64,000 bases of DNA from Clostridia bacterium (GCA_017620655.1 JAGAUT010000087.1:2384-66383), one strand, 5' to 3'; positions 8,020 to 18,256 are shown, counted from the stretch's first letter. Made by a program: numbers and translations. The notes: generated by a model from the letters alone, not told the origin.

Positions 8020-8547
8020 CTAAGAGTTATGCTTTTTATAATAATTCATAAGGCAGCCGTCAAGGATGATTTCCTTTTCGTCATCGGTAAGTCCCTTGAC
8101 ATAAAGCTTGATATCGCAAACTTCGCCGTCAGCACGAATCACCTTGGCATCAAATTCTTCAATGCCCTTTTCAATCTTTTCTCTGACATCGGGTACAAAC
8201 ACAAAGTCGCCTTCATTATAGAGGAACTTCTCGTTTTCGTCGATTGTGAAAGGTAGGATACCCCAATTTATACAGTTGCTTCTGTATCTCTTTGTCGCAA
8301 ATTCATAGCAGATATTTGCAAAGCCGCCGAGAACCTTCTGACAGGAAGCCGCCTGCTCGCGGGCTGAGCCGTCACCGGGTTTGTTTGCAAAGACGCAGGA
8401 GCCGAACTGGGTGTTCTTAGAAAGGTCGTCTGCATTTCCGACCTTGGAAAGTACGTTTCTTATCTTGTCGGAAACACTACCCTCTCTTCTTGCTCTTTCG
8501 TCCTTATCAACAGCCTTGCTTCTTCCGACATATTCGGGAACTCTTCT
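8020..8547 (-). pseudogene. C-terminal (swivel domain) portion of aconitase, in frame with and directly continuing the 8548..10275 ORF after a TAA
   Basis: Translation after the TAA is RRVPEYVGRSKAVDKDERARREGS...FANKPGDGSAREQAASCQKVLGG...NCINWGILPF, which is aconitase domain 4. No in-frame ATG/GTG/TTG with an RBS lies near its beginning. The track lists only a 60-aa fragment (8020..8202). Confidence 0.75.
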
Positions 8548-10275
8548 TTAAAGTGCAAACTCGGAAAGACGAAGAGGATTACTTCTGTAGGAGGAAGTTT
8601 CACCCGAAGGAATAAGTTCGTCTGTTGTTGTTACTGGGTCACGGATTACAGCACAAAGCTCAACAAGAAGGTTATCCGACAAATCATACATACTCGGCCA
8701 GTCTGTGATATTGGGGCCAAGGATAAGTTCTTCATCGGGATTTGCCTTGCCGAAGCCGTAATAGAGTCTGTTTTCGTATACAATTTTATCAAAGTAATAA
8801 TCAACATGATTGGATGTGTATTCAACATCTGTTGCCGCTGTGATTACACCGCCGTTAGCAGCCGTTGCGGCAATGCTTCTTGAATCCATGAGAGCAACGC
8901 CTGCAATCTGTCCTTCACCCGGTTTTGAACCTTCACGGTTAGGGAAGTTTCTTGTTGTGTGGCGAAGTGAAAGTCCGTTATGACTCGGTACATCGCCTGC
9001 ACCGAAGCAAGGTCCGCAGAATGACGGCTTAATTACCGCACCTGCTCTGAGGAGCTTTTCCGTAACGCCGATTTTTGTAAGTTCAATGCTTGTGGGAACG
9101 CTTGTGGGATAAACGGAAAGTGAGAAATATCCGTTACCTGTATTATTTTCATCAAGAATTGCCGCAGCTTCAACGATATTATCAAAAATACCGCCGGCAC
9201 AGCCTGCGATTACGCCCTGATCGGCATAAACCTTACCGTTTTTAACCTTTGATACAAGGTCATATTTAAGTCCGCCGAACTTTTCTGCCGCTTCCTTTTC
9301 AACCTTTGCAAGTATTTCTGCCGCATTTTCATTGAATTCGTGGATTGTATAAGCATTTGACGGATGGAAAGGAAGTGCAATCATGCTTTCCTGCTTTGAC
9401 AAATCAATCTCAATCATACTGTCATAATAAGCAACAGAAGCAGGCTTAAGTTCCTTGTAGCACTCGGGTCTCTTATGAATCTCGTAGTACTTCTTTGTTT
9501 CGTCATCTGTTTCCCAGATTGAAGAAAGGCATGTGGTTTCTGTTGTCATAACTTCAATGCCGTTTCTGAAATCAATGGGAAGATTCTTAACACCGGGACC
9601 GACAAATTCAAGCACCTTATTCTTGACAAAGCCCGTTTCAAACGTAGCCTTTACAAGGCTGAGTGCAACGTCATGAGGACCGATACCGCGTCTCGGTTCA
9701 CCCTTAAGGTACACAAGAACAACCTCGGGTCTCTTAACATCGTATGTGTTTTTAAGAAGCTGTTTTACAAGCTCAGGGCCGCCCTCGCCTACACCCATAG
9801 TACCGAGTGCACCGTAACGTGTATGGCTGTCGGAGCCGAGAATCATGCCGCCGCATTTTGCCAGTTCTTCTCTTGCATATGAGTGGATAACACTCTGGTT
9901 TGCAGGAACATAGATACCGCCGTACTTCTTTGCAGCAGAAAGACCAAATACATGGTCATCTTCATTGATTGTACCGCCGACAGCACAAAGGCTGTTATGG
10001 CAGTTTGTCATGGCATAAGGAATGGGAAATTCACGAAGACCGCTGGCTCTGGCTGTCTGAATAATGCCGACATATGTAATATCATGTGAAACAAGTGCAT
10101 CAAACTTTACGTGAAGCACATCTTTATCTGATTTATTATCATGAGCATCAAGGATTCTGTACGCAATTGTACCTTTTCTTGCTTCTTCGGGTGTCACATC
10201 GCACTTTTCAGTCGGAACACCGTCTACAAGATAAATACCCTCTTTTCTTAATGTAATCATGGGTTTTGCCTCCAA
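8548..10275 (-). CDS. aconitate hydratase, domains 1-3 and the start of domain 4 (575 aa), ended by an in-frame TAA at 8550-8548
   Basis: Fe-S ligand region SFCGPCFGAG and GSDSHT. It ends in DPVTTTDELIPSGETSSYRSNPLRLSEFAL followed by the stop, and the same frame continues as aconitase sequence. Confidence 0.85.
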   Translation of the reverse strand: MEAKPMITLRKEGIYLVDGVPTEKCDVTPEEARKGTIAYRILDAHDNKSDKDVLHVKFDALVSHDITYVGIIQTARASGLREFPIPYAMTNCHNSLCAVGGTINEDDHVFGLSAAKKYGGIYVPANQSVIHSYAREELAKCGGMILGSDSHTRYGALGTMGVGEGGPELVKQLLKNTYDVKRPEVVLVYLKGEPRRGIGPHDVALSLVKATFETGFVKNKVLEFVGPGVKNLPIDFRNGIEVMTTETTCLSSIWETDDETKKYYEIHKRPECYKELKPASVAYYDSMIEIDLSKQESMIALPFHPSNAYTIHEFNENAAEILAKVEKEAAEKFGGLKYDLVSKVKNGKVYADQGVIAGCAGGIFDNIVEAAAILDENNTGNGYFSLSVYPTSVPTSIELTKIGVTEKLLRAGAVIKPSFCGPCFGAGDVPSHNGLSLRHTTRNFPNREGSKPGEGQIAGVALMDSRSIAATAANGGVITAATDVEYTSNHVDYYFDKIVYENRLYYGFGKANPDEELILGPNITDWPSMYDLSDNLLVELCAVIRDPVTTTDELIPSGETSSYRSNPLRLSEFAL

Positions 10276-10290
10276 AAAGAAATATATTTT

Positions 10291-10319
10291 ATTATACTAA
10301 AATATGAGCCTCATGTCAA
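10291..10319 (-). promoter_or_regulatory. sigma-A type promoter of the aconitase-icd operon
   Basis: Minus strand: TTGACA (10319-10314), 17-nt spacer, TATAAT (10296-10291). Confidence 0.6.
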
Positions 10320-10361
10320 TAGAAAAGCATTCCAAAACAGTCGATTTCGGGAGGATTTTTT

Positions 10362-10389
10362 TAAAGAAATGGGTGTGCCGAAGCACACC
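10362..10389 (-). terminator. intrinsic terminator after the 10397..12322 gene
   Basis: Stem GGGTGTGC 10370-10377 pairs with GCACACCC 10382-10389 with a CGAA loop. The T/A-rich tail is on the minus strand. Confidence 0.6.
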
Positions 10390-10396
10390 CGAACAA

Positions 10397-12322
10397 TTAT
10401 TTTTTATCCTTATCTTTTTTAGCCTGCAAATCCTCGGTAATTCTGATATAGCTGTTCCCGCCGAACTTTTTGGAAATCGAAAGTGTTCCCGTTTTATCGG
10501 CGCTCACGGACTCGGAAGACTTTTCAATGCCCTCTTCAACAGTGGTAAGAACAAGCATTTCATTCTTTTTGAAGCCGCCGATTTTGAGTCTTACAGCAGC
10601 ATTTTCACTGCATGTAACATAAACGGTGTTTTCATTAAAAAGGAAATCATAACGGCGTCCCGCGAAGGCAATGTCCTTGATGCCGACGTTTTCTCCGTCA
10701 AGCACCGACTCAACGCACAAATTCTTTCCGTCGGTGGAAAGGCTGAACATTTCAGAAAGCTTAATGCTTGCAGCAAGCGCGTAGTGGAGATGAGGCTCTG
10801 CCTTTCCTGTTGGTGTGGGAAGTTCAAACAGGGCTTCATTTTCATTATATATTTTTGCAATGTTCTCCAAAACGTCTGCCTTATTTTTTACCGAAAGAAG
10901 ATAATAGTTTCCTGCAAGGACGGATGCCGCACCGTTAATCCAGTAATCGCCGAATTTCGCTTCATCGTCCAGCGAGTAGTTACCGTCGGCGTTGAACCAC
11001 CAATCATCAAGTGTAGTTGTTGAGAAAGCAGGAGCATCAACCGTAGAAACATAGTGGTTTGGAGACATACCGTCGGAGGCAATTTCTCTCTCGCCTTCAA
11101 CCCATGAAAGAATGCTTTCTGCCTTTTCTTCATCGGCTATTCCAAGGCTTACTGCCATAAGGTTTATTACAGTAAAGCCGGCATCGTGAATATCTCCCTT
11201 TTTATCGATACAGCCAACATATCTTCCGAGCTTTGAATTGTAAAGCTTTTCATTTATGGCGTTCTTGTTTGCTTCTGCAACGGCAGCATACTTTTCGGCG
11301 TTTTCCTTATCGCCCTTTAATGTATACAGTGCCGACAAATCCTGCATCGCCCTATTGAATACCATGTTATTATAGGCATCAACATAACCGAAGCGGTAGT
11401 TGAAGAAAATGTTGGAGGGCTTACCGGAAGAAGTACCGTTGTTATCGGCTGTCAGCACATATACAAGTCCGTCTTCCTCGTTATAGCGTACTCCTCCACC
11501 ATTGAGGTAATCTTCATAGTCGAAGAAGTGGGCTATAACTTTATTAAGCTTTTCGCCGACAGTCATTCCTACGGAAATATCACCATTCGCTTCACCGGTC
11601 ATATCTGTGCTGTCAAGGAAATCCGCGTCTCCGTCCCACAGGCATATATTGCAAACAGCAGACACAAAGGCTGCATTCGTATCATAAAGATAGGAATTCA
11701 CTTCGGACGACCTCATGCTGTTTTCCTCTGTCCATACATAGCCGTTGGAATACATGGGATAGTCTCTGACAAGCTGCTTGATTTTTTCAATTTCCTGCTC
11801 GGAGGCATTCCAGATGAATGAGTCTGTAATCATGGAAAGGTATGAGCCTTTGACCGGTGATTCAAGATAGGAAACCGAGGGTTTGACGCTGTTTGAAATT
11901 AATTTTTCAAGCACTTTTGGTACTTCTGACTTCTCTTCCTTGTCATTTGAAAAAACGGTCCCTTCAAAAGCTGCAAATTCCGCCAGAAGCTTGCTTTCCG
12001 CCGAGGATACCGCAGCACCGTTATCCTCGTTTTCTGTTTTTTTATCACCATTGAACAGTGAAACTACACCTATAATCAATGCCACAACCGCTATTACTGC
12101 CAACAGCAGTACAGACCATGCCAGAATCATCTGCTTGATTCTGTTTATCTTTTTACGGCGTATCATTTCGGCATGTCTGAGCTTTGCCGCCCGTCTCATT
12201 CTTCTTTCGCGTTCTATTCTTTCATTTTCTCTGATTCTCTGCATTTCGCTGTTGGCAGAAAAATCGACGAGGTCTATTTCACGGCTGTTGTTGAATTCAT
12301 TTCTGTCACTCACGTTTTTCAC
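10397..12322 (-). CDS. membrane-anchored extracytoplasmic protein, possible (alpha/alpha)6-barrel glycosidase-like domain
   Basis: Charged N-terminus (RERRMRRAAKLRHAEMIRRKK) and one TM helix (AWSVLLLAVIAVVALIIGVV), followed by ~540 aa with no motif I can name confidently. Confidence 0.5.
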   Translation of the reverse strand: MKNVSDRNEFNNSREIDLVDFSANSEMQRIRENERIERERRMRRAAKLRHAEMIRRKKINRIKQMILAWSVLLLAVIAVVALIIGVVSLFNGDKKTENEDNGAAVSSAESKLLAEFAAFEGTVFSNDKEEKSEVPKVLEKLISNSVKPSVSYLESPVKGSYLSMITDSFIWNASEQEIEKIKQLVRDYPMYSNGYVWTEENSMRSSEVNSYLYDTNAAFVSAVCNICLWDGDADFLDSTDMTGEANGDISVGMTVGEKLNKVIAHFFDYEDYLNGGGVRYNEEDGLVYVLTADNNGTSSGKPSNIFFNYRFGYVDAYNNMVFNRAMQDLSALYTLKGDKENAEKYAAVAEANKNAINEKLYNSKLGRYVGCIDKKGDIHDAGFTVINLMAVSLGIADEEKAESILSWVEGEREIASDGMSPNHYVSTVDAPAFSTTTLDDWWFNADGNYSLDDEAKFGDYWINGAASVLAGNYYLLSVKNKADVLENIAKIYNENEALFELPTPTGKAEPHLHYALAASIKLSEMFSLSTDGKNLCVESVLDGENVGIKDIAFAGRRYDFLFNENTVYVTCSENAAVRLKIGGFKKNEMLVLTTVEEGIEKSSESVSADKTGTLSISKKFGGNSYIRITEDLQAKKDKDKK

Positions 12323-12328
12323 CTCTCA

Positions 12329-14179
12329 TTATTGTTTTGAAACCTTTATGACTGCTGCGTCAAACGGAGCTATACAATCAGGGTTTCCGTAAACCGTCTT
12401 TTCTGTTTTATATGCTGCGTTTATTCTGAGATTCGGTTTTACTTCTTGTCCCGAATAATTTACAATCACAACATAGGCTTGCTTTTCATTTACGGCATGC
12501 TCTGTGATTCCGACACAGACATGGTCGCTGTCGGCTATATGTAAGCCTATCTTTTCGGCAAAGACATTGCGGTATATTTTATAATAATTTGTTTTGTGGG
12601 ACTCGGGGGTATCGAGAAGCATCGACTCAAGCGGAAAGTTCACAAAATAAACCTTGCCCTTGCCGTATTCATTTACCGCAACTATCGGGTTACCGTTACC
12701 GTTATGGGAAAGCACATTTGCGCTCGTCTCAGTCAAATTGAACACTCTTGACTTCCGGTAAGACATAGACTCTCCGAAGAATTCAAACGTGCCTTCTTCA
12801 TATGTAGTCTTTGAGTCATTTATTCTGAGACCCGAAAGTTCTTCAAACTCGGATATTACTGCATTATTAATTGAAATACAGACCGTTGCACCTTCATACA
12901 CACGCTGCTTAAGCTCTTTAAATCTGTAAGACGGCATCATTCTCACCGAAGAAACTGAAGGAAGAAGATAAACATCCGCCGCCGGAATTTCCTTTGATGC
13001 ATATGCAAAGGAAAGATTCACCTTTGCCTGCTTTGCAAGAAGGTTTGACATATATGCCACACCCCAGTTATCCTGACCGTCTGTCAAAAGGCATACGCCG
13101 TCAACTGTCGCTTCGGGAAGCTCAAAGTCAAGCCCCTTTACAAAATCCGAGAACTTCTTCATTTCGCGAAGAACAGGCTTTGGGGTCTTGTTTCTGTCGA
13201 GCATTCCCAGCTCGACCTCGCACATATTCCAGCAGTACGGCGGTGTTTCAAGCATCATCTGGTCATTTGCACACCACCATAAAACACCGGGCGAACCGTG
13301 TGCCCAATTTGAAAACATATTAACCTTCAAAAAGCCTGCAGCCGTTTCTTCATCACACATCATATTCCCAAGTGTTCCGATTTCCTCAACAAGACATGGC
13401 TTGTGTCCTACATCCGAGTAATACTTTGTCTCGGTTGTTGCATGAAGAAGTGTACGCATAGACGAAAAATCATCCTTTGTACAATGGGGAACGAAATAAG
13501 GATAAGGATGGGTTGTAAGCATATCGGTATAGTCAGCCTGATCCTCTATTCTCCACGGTCCGTCAAGGGAAAGGCCGTGCATACCCGAAACAATCATTCT
13601 TGAAGGGTCATTTGCCCTGATTGCATTACAGACAATACCGGTCCAACTCTGCGCCACATTATAATCATTTGTGTCTGTGAGATTATTACACTCGTTACCG
13701 AGATTCCATGCGTAAACTGCACTTTTATTCTTTATTCGCTTAACAAAGCCTTCAATGAACTTAAGCTCAAATCTCAGAGCAACCGGATCAGTAAACAGAT
13801 TCTTGCCGTAGAGTGCTACGGGAATGAATGTTCTGCCACTCATAAAGCCGGTGAGAATTCCGATGATAAGCTTCATGTTATACTCTTCTGCAATGTCGCA
13901 GAAAGCCTCAAATCTTTCGAGCATTGTTTCATCAAGATAATACTTGTTTTCGGGAAGCTTATCCTCGTTTACCCTGTATTCTCTGATGACACCTCTTCCG
14001 TCATAAAGCGGCCATACGGGCTGAAAATCACGCCAATTCGGGAAAACACGAAGGCATTCAACTCCGTTTTTTGACAGCACTTCAAAATCCTCGCGTACCG
14101 ATTTTTCATCCCAGTTTCTCCACATTTCCGTGCCTGCATGAGAAGCCCAGTAATTACAACCGAGAATAAATTCTTTCAT
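12329..14179 (-). CDS. clan GH-A (TIM-barrel) glycoside hydrolase, GH5/GH42-like, cytoplasmic
   Basis: N-terminal GCNYWASHAG...ECLRVFPNW and the NLGNECN (Asn-Glu acid/base) motif. No signal peptide. Confidence 0.65.
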   Translation of the reverse strand: MKEFILGCNYWASHAGTEMWRNWDEKSVREDFEVLSKNGVECLRVFPNWRDFQPVWPLYDGRGVIREYRVNEDKLPENKYYLDETMLERFEAFCDIAEEYNMKLIIGILTGFMSGRTFIPVALYGKNLFTDPVALRFELKFIEGFVKRIKNKSAVYAWNLGNECNNLTDTNDYNVAQSWTGIVCNAIRANDPSRMIVSGMHGLSLDGPWRIEDQADYTDMLTTHPYPYFVPHCTKDDFSSMRTLLHATTETKYYSDVGHKPCLVEEIGTLGNMMCDEETAAGFLKVNMFSNWAHGSPGVLWWCANDQMMLETPPYCWNMCEVELGMLDRNKTPKPVLREMKKFSDFVKGLDFELPEATVDGVCLLTDGQDNWGVAYMSNLLAKQAKVNLSFAYASKEIPAADVYLLPSVSSVRMMPSYRFKELKQRVYEGATVCISINNAVISEFEELSGLRINDSKTTYEEGTFEFFGESMSYRKSRVFNLTETSANVLSHNGNGNPIVAVNEYGKGKVYFVNFPLESMLLDTPESHKTNYYKIYRNVFAEKIGLHIADSDHVCVGITEHAVNEKQAYVVIVNYSGQEVKPNLRINAAYKTEKTVYGNPDCIAPFDAAVIKVSKQ

Positions 14180-14312
14180 GGTTCCGTCTCCTTTTGGATT
14201 TCATATAACTCTCCGCATACATTTTACCACAGTTATTTATCTTTTTCAACAACATTTACTCTGATATTTGTAAAGAAAAAAGAAGCACCGATATCCGACG
14301 CTTCAAAAACAC

Positions 14313-14747
14313 TTATTTTAGTTTATTTATAATCTCATCCATGGCATGGACATATCCTTCGAAGCCCTCGCCCGCAATTCTTGCAAAGCAGTACTTTCCA
14401 ACATAGGAAATCTGTCTGAAATCCTCTCTTGAGTCAACGTCGGAAATATGCACCTCTACTGCAGGAATATTAACAGCTTTGAGTGCATCGAGAATCGCAA
14501 CGCTTGTGTGAGTATATGCCGCAGGGTTTATCACTATTCCGTCAATTTTATGAAAATACGCCCACTGGATTTTATCAACAATATCCCCTTCGTGGTTTGA
14601 CTGGAATATTGTGACATCAACATTTCTATCTTTTGCCGCCTCATTTATCATTTCGCAAAGGTCACAATAGGTGTTTTTGCCGTAAATATCAGGTTCACGT
14701 ATACCTAAAAAGTTAAGGTTTGGACCGTTTATAACAAGAATTTTCAT
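14313..14747 (-). CDS. aroQ: type II 3-dehydroquinate dehydratase
   Basis: MKILVINGPNLNFLGIREPDIYG...FQSNHEG...INPAAYTHTSVA hallmark blocks. Confidence 0.9.
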   Translation of the reverse strand: MKILVINGPNLNFLGIREPDIYGKNTYCDLCEMINEAAKDRNVDVTIFQSNHEGDIVDKIQWAYFHKIDGIVINPAAYTHTSVAILDALKAVNIPAVEVHISDVDSREDFRQISYVGKYCFARIAGEGFEGYVHAMDEIINKLK

Positions 14748-14758
14748 AAGTATTCTCC

Positions 14759-16003
14759 TTAAAAGAGCTTTGGTAATTCTTCAAGTATCATTTTATAGAG
14801 TCTGTCTGCACATTCTTCGACATCCTCATGGGTTTCGATTACAACATCCGCCGCATTCTCGTAAAGTGCGTGTCTTTCTTCATAAAGCTTAAGTATTTTT
14901 TCATCTCCGCCCTGAGAAAGAGGTCTTCCTTCGGTTGACAGCTTATCAAGGTCACGTTTGAGATACACGACAACGCCGTTCTGCTTCATCAGCTCGACGT
15001 TCTTTTCCCTCTTTACCGCACCGCCGCCCGTTGCGATAACCTTTTCGCTCATAGACGAAAGCATCTGTATCGCCGCCGTTTCTTTATCACGAAAGGCTTC
15101 TTCGCCGTACTTTTCAAATATTTCTGGTATCGGCATACCTGCCTGCTCAACAAAAATGTCAGTATCAAGGAAGGAACGGCAGGTAAGGTTTGCATATGCT
15201 TTTCCTATGCTTGTTTTTCCGCATCCGGGCATACCGACAAAAACAACATTGAGTATTTTCATAAGGCACTTGAAGTAAACTTCCTCAATAACAGCATCAT
15301 CAACCTTTGTATCAAAGAAGTATTCATGTGCTCTTACTGCCTGTGCCACAAGCATGGGAAGTCCTGTTGTTGCAGGAATACTACGTTTTTCAGCCTCGAT
15401 TACAAGGGCAGTTCTTATGGGGTTATAGATAACATCAACAACGCCCGAAAGATTTTTGAAAATTGACAGATCCACAGGAGCTCTGCCATTGTCGGGGTAC
15501 ATTCCGACAGGCGTTGTATTGATAAGAACATCGGCATCGGCATGGTCTGAAATATTATTGTAATTAACTTCGCCTTTTCGTGAAACAACTACCGTTTCTC
15601 TTGCGCCCTCACCCTTACATACGGCACGCGAGGTAAGGCTTGTGCCGCCGCTTCCGAGGATTACGACCTTTTTATTCTTAAGTGTAATGCCTGCCCTGTT
15701 TAACATATAAACAAAGCCGAAATAGTCTGTATTATAGCCGTAAAGTGTTCCGTTTTTATTGACGACAGTATTGACAGAGCCTATTGCCTTTGCTTCATCC
15801 GATACGACATCACAGAGATTAAGTGCATCCTGTTTATAGGGAATTGTAACATTGAGAGCTGCAAAGTTTTTTGACTCGAAAAGCTCATAGAGTTCATCCT
15901 TTTCAAGACTCAAAAGCTCATATTTGTCGTTTCCGAGATACTCGTGTATTATTTTGGAATAGCTGTGCTTCAGCGTTCTTCCGCAAAGTCCGTAACTTAT
16001 CAT
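14759..16003 (-). CDS. bifunctional shikimate dehydrogenase (N-terminal) / shikimate kinase (C-terminal) fusion
   Basis: The N-terminal ~245 aa are AroE-like (SKIIHEY, NVTIPYK, GSVNT, GYNTDYFG, ILGSGGTS). The C-terminal ~165 aa are AroK-like with Walker A GMPGCGKTSIG and GGGAV. Confidence 0.85.
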   Translation of the reverse strand: MISYGLCGRTLKHSYSKIIHEYLGNDKYELLSLEKDELYELFESKNFAALNVTIPYKQDALNLCDVVSDEAKAIGSVNTVVNKNGTLYGYNTDYFGFVYMLNRAGITLKNKKVVILGSGGTSLTSRAVCKGEGARETVVVSRKGEVNYNNISDHADADVLINTTPVGMYPDNGRAPVDLSIFKNLSGVVDVIYNPIRTALVIEAEKRSIPATTGLPMLVAQAVRAHEYFFDTKVDDAVIEEVYFKCLMKILNVVFVGMPGCGKTSIGKAYANLTCRSFLDTDIFVEQAGMPIPEIFEKYGEEAFRDKETAAIQMLSSMSEKVIATGGGAVKREKNVELMKQNGVVVYLKRDLDKLSTEGRPLSQGGDEKILKLYEERHALYENAADVVIETHEDVEECADRLYKMILEELPKLF

Positions 16004-16021
16004 GGGTTATCACTCTTTTTG

Positions 16022-17179
16022 CTAAATTTCAATATAGTTTCCGAGGAATACAAATTCTTCGGGACGATTATCAAGCTCGCAAAGATACGAAATCAAATCC
16101 TCGGAAAGTCCATAGCTTTCGATTTCGGCATAGAACATGAATTCAAAGTCACGCCCCTTGATAGGACGGCTTTCAAGCTTTGAAAGGTTTACGCCGATTA
16201 CATTAAATCTTGAAAGTATGCTGACAAGGCTTCCTGCTCTGTGGGGAACGGTGAACATAATCGCAATCTTTGATGAGCCGGGGTAAATTTCAAGGTCTTT
16301 TGATATACAGATAAATCTTGTATGGTTATTATCACTGTTCTGAAGGTCATCTTCGAGGACAGAAAGTCCGTAAAGTGCGGCGCAGTCATAGGAAGAAATT
16401 GCCGCCACGTCGCATCGAGTGCTCTCAGACACCATCTTTGCCGCCATTGCCGTATTCTTACATACATTCACATTAATTTCGGGGTGATTTCTGAAAAATT
16501 CACTGCACTGTCCGATTGCCTGAGAGTGGGAATAAACTTCTTTTATATCGGATATTTCAGTGCCCTTTTTACCAAGAAGGACATGGTGAATGGGTATCTT
16601 TATACATCTTACGATATGGATTTTATTCTTAAATTCCTTAAGTAAGTCATATACTTCGCCAACCGAGCCGTGAAGGCTGTTTTCTATGGGAAGCACACCG
16701 TACTTGCATTCCCCGTCAGCAACCATTCTGAAGGCATCCCTGAAGGTTTCGGCGTAGGAAATATCGGGACGTCTGAATAATCTTTCGCAGGCTATCTGGG
16801 AATACGCACCCTCAACACCCTGACAGGCAACCTTTGCAACGGCAGGAAAATATTCTGCCGTATTCGCCTTTGCCTCTTTTATGTCAAGTGCCAGTTTTGA
16901 ATCGCCTGAAAGCAGTTTGTTTTGTCTTGCACGGGAAATTTCAAATATTGAATTATAGAGAACAGAAACATAGTTTGCCATTTCATCGTCGAGATTCTCC
17001 GTGAGATTCTTTACAATAGCCCTTTCCCGTGACGGGTCAAAAACAGGCTTTCCGGTCTGTCTTTTAGCCTCTGCAACCTGAGCAGAAACACCCATTCTTT
17101 CGGTGAAAAGCTTTACAAGTTCATTATCTATATTGTCTATTCTCTGTCTGAGTTCTGAAAGTTCCATGGTTTCCTCCAA
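16022..17179 (-). CDS. pheA: bifunctional chorismate mutase / prephenate dehydratase (P-protein)
   Basis: AroQ-class CM N-terminus (LRQRIDNIDNELVKLFTERM), a PDT domain (ENSLHGSV, TRF) and a C-terminal ACT domain. Confidence 0.9.
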   Translation of the reverse strand: MEETMELSELRQRIDNIDNELVKLFTERMGVSAQVAEAKRQTGKPVFDPSRERAIVKNLTENLDDEMANYVSVLYNSIFEISRARQNKLLSGDSKLALDIKEAKANTAEYFPAVAKVACQGVEGAYSQIACERLFRRPDISYAETFRDAFRMVADGECKYGVLPIENSLHGSVGEVYDLLKEFKNKIHIVRCIKIPIHHVLLGKKGTEISDIKEVYSHSQAIGQCSEFFRNHPEINVNVCKNTAMAAKMVSESTRCDVAAISSYDCAALYGLSVLEDDLQNSDNNHTRFICISKDLEIYPGSSKIAIMFTVPHRAGSLVSILSRFNVIGVNLSKLESRPIKGRDFEFMFYAEIESYGLSEDLISYLCELDNRPEEFVFLGNYIEI

Positions 17180-17182
17180 GGT

Positions 17183-18256
17183 TTAAAGCACAAACTGTGC
17201 CAACGCTATTGCCATTGCCGCTTCAATACAAGGTACGGCTCTCTGCACAATACAGGGGTCGTGTCTTCCCTTGATTTCAAGCACATCATTCTCACACGTC
17301 ATCAGATTCACGGTATTCTGTGCCTTTGCTATCGAAGGTGTAGGCTTCATTGCAACTTTAAAGGAAATCGGCATACCCGTTGCCATACCGCCGCATATAC
17401 CGCCTGCATTATTTGTACGTGTTCTTATATTTTTATCATCATCGTAGTAATATTCGTCGTTATTCTGCGAGCCGAAAAGCAGTGATGAACCAAAGCCGAG
17501 CCCAAATTCAATTCCCTTAACCGCAGGAATACCGAAAACAGCATGGGCAATCACATTTTCAAGTCCGTCAAACATAGGCTCGCCGACACCTACGGGAACA
17601 CCGACTGCCATACACTCTATAGTGCCGCCGACAGAGTCAAGGTTTGCCTTTGCTTCAAGGATTTTTGACTTCATTTCTTCGCCCTTATCATCATCTAGCA
17701 CAGGGAAATCCTTTTTAGAAGCCGACTGAAGAAGGTCTATATCAAAGCTTGTGTTATCAAAAGACGCATCCTCAATATTACCGATTGAGGAAATGTGAGC
17801 ACCGATATATACTCCCTTTTCTTTCAGGCACTGCATGATTATTGCACCTGCAATACATATGGGTGCCGTAAGTCGTCCCGAAAACTGTCCGCCGCCCCTT
17901 ACATCATAGGAATCGCCGAACTTTATATTTGCGGGATAATCTGCGTGAGACGGTCTCATTTTGGCACGAAGTTCACTGTAATCCTTTGAATGCTGATCCT
18001 TATTGTAAATCACAGCAGTCAAAGGCGCTCCAACCGTTTTTCCGTCAACAAGTCCCGAAATATATTCTACTTTATCGGCTTCTTTTCTGTTTGTGGAATA
18101 GGCGTTTTTGCCGGGTGCACGTCTGTCCAGAAACTCCTGTACCTTATCTGTATCCACCACAACTCCCGAAGGAAGTCCGTCAATAGTTACACCGATTGCT
18201 TCGGCATGGGACTGTCCGAAAACTGTTATTTTTATTTTATTTCCGAATGTATTCAT
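17183..18256 (-). CDS. aroC: chorismate synthase
   Basis: GQSHAEAIG, RPSHAD, GGGQFSGR and RHDPC motifs. Confidence 0.9.
   Translation of the reverse strand: MNTFGNKIKITVFGQSHAEAIGVTIDGLPSGVVVDTDKVQEFLDRRAPGKNAYSTNRKEADKVEYISGLVDGKTVGAPLTAVIYNKDQHSKDYSELRAKMRPSHADYPANIKFGDSYDVRGGGQFSGRLTAPICIAGAIIMQCLKEKGVYIGAHISSIGNIEDASFDNTSFDIDLLQSASKKDFPVLDDDKGEEMKSKILEAKANLDSVGGTIECMAVGVPVGVGEPMFDGLENVIAHAVFGIPAVKGIEFGLGFGSSLLFGSQNNDEYYYDDDKNIRTRTNNAGGICGGMATGMPISFKVAMKPTPSIAKAQNTVNLMTCENDVLEIKGRHDPCIVQRAVPCIEAAMAIALAQFVL

Noticed and set aside
8020-8202. The 60-aa track ORF as an independent small gene between icd and aconitase.
   Set aside because: It is simply the last part of the aconitase domain-4 reading frame, which is open from 8547. 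Its ATG is an internal Met with no RBS.
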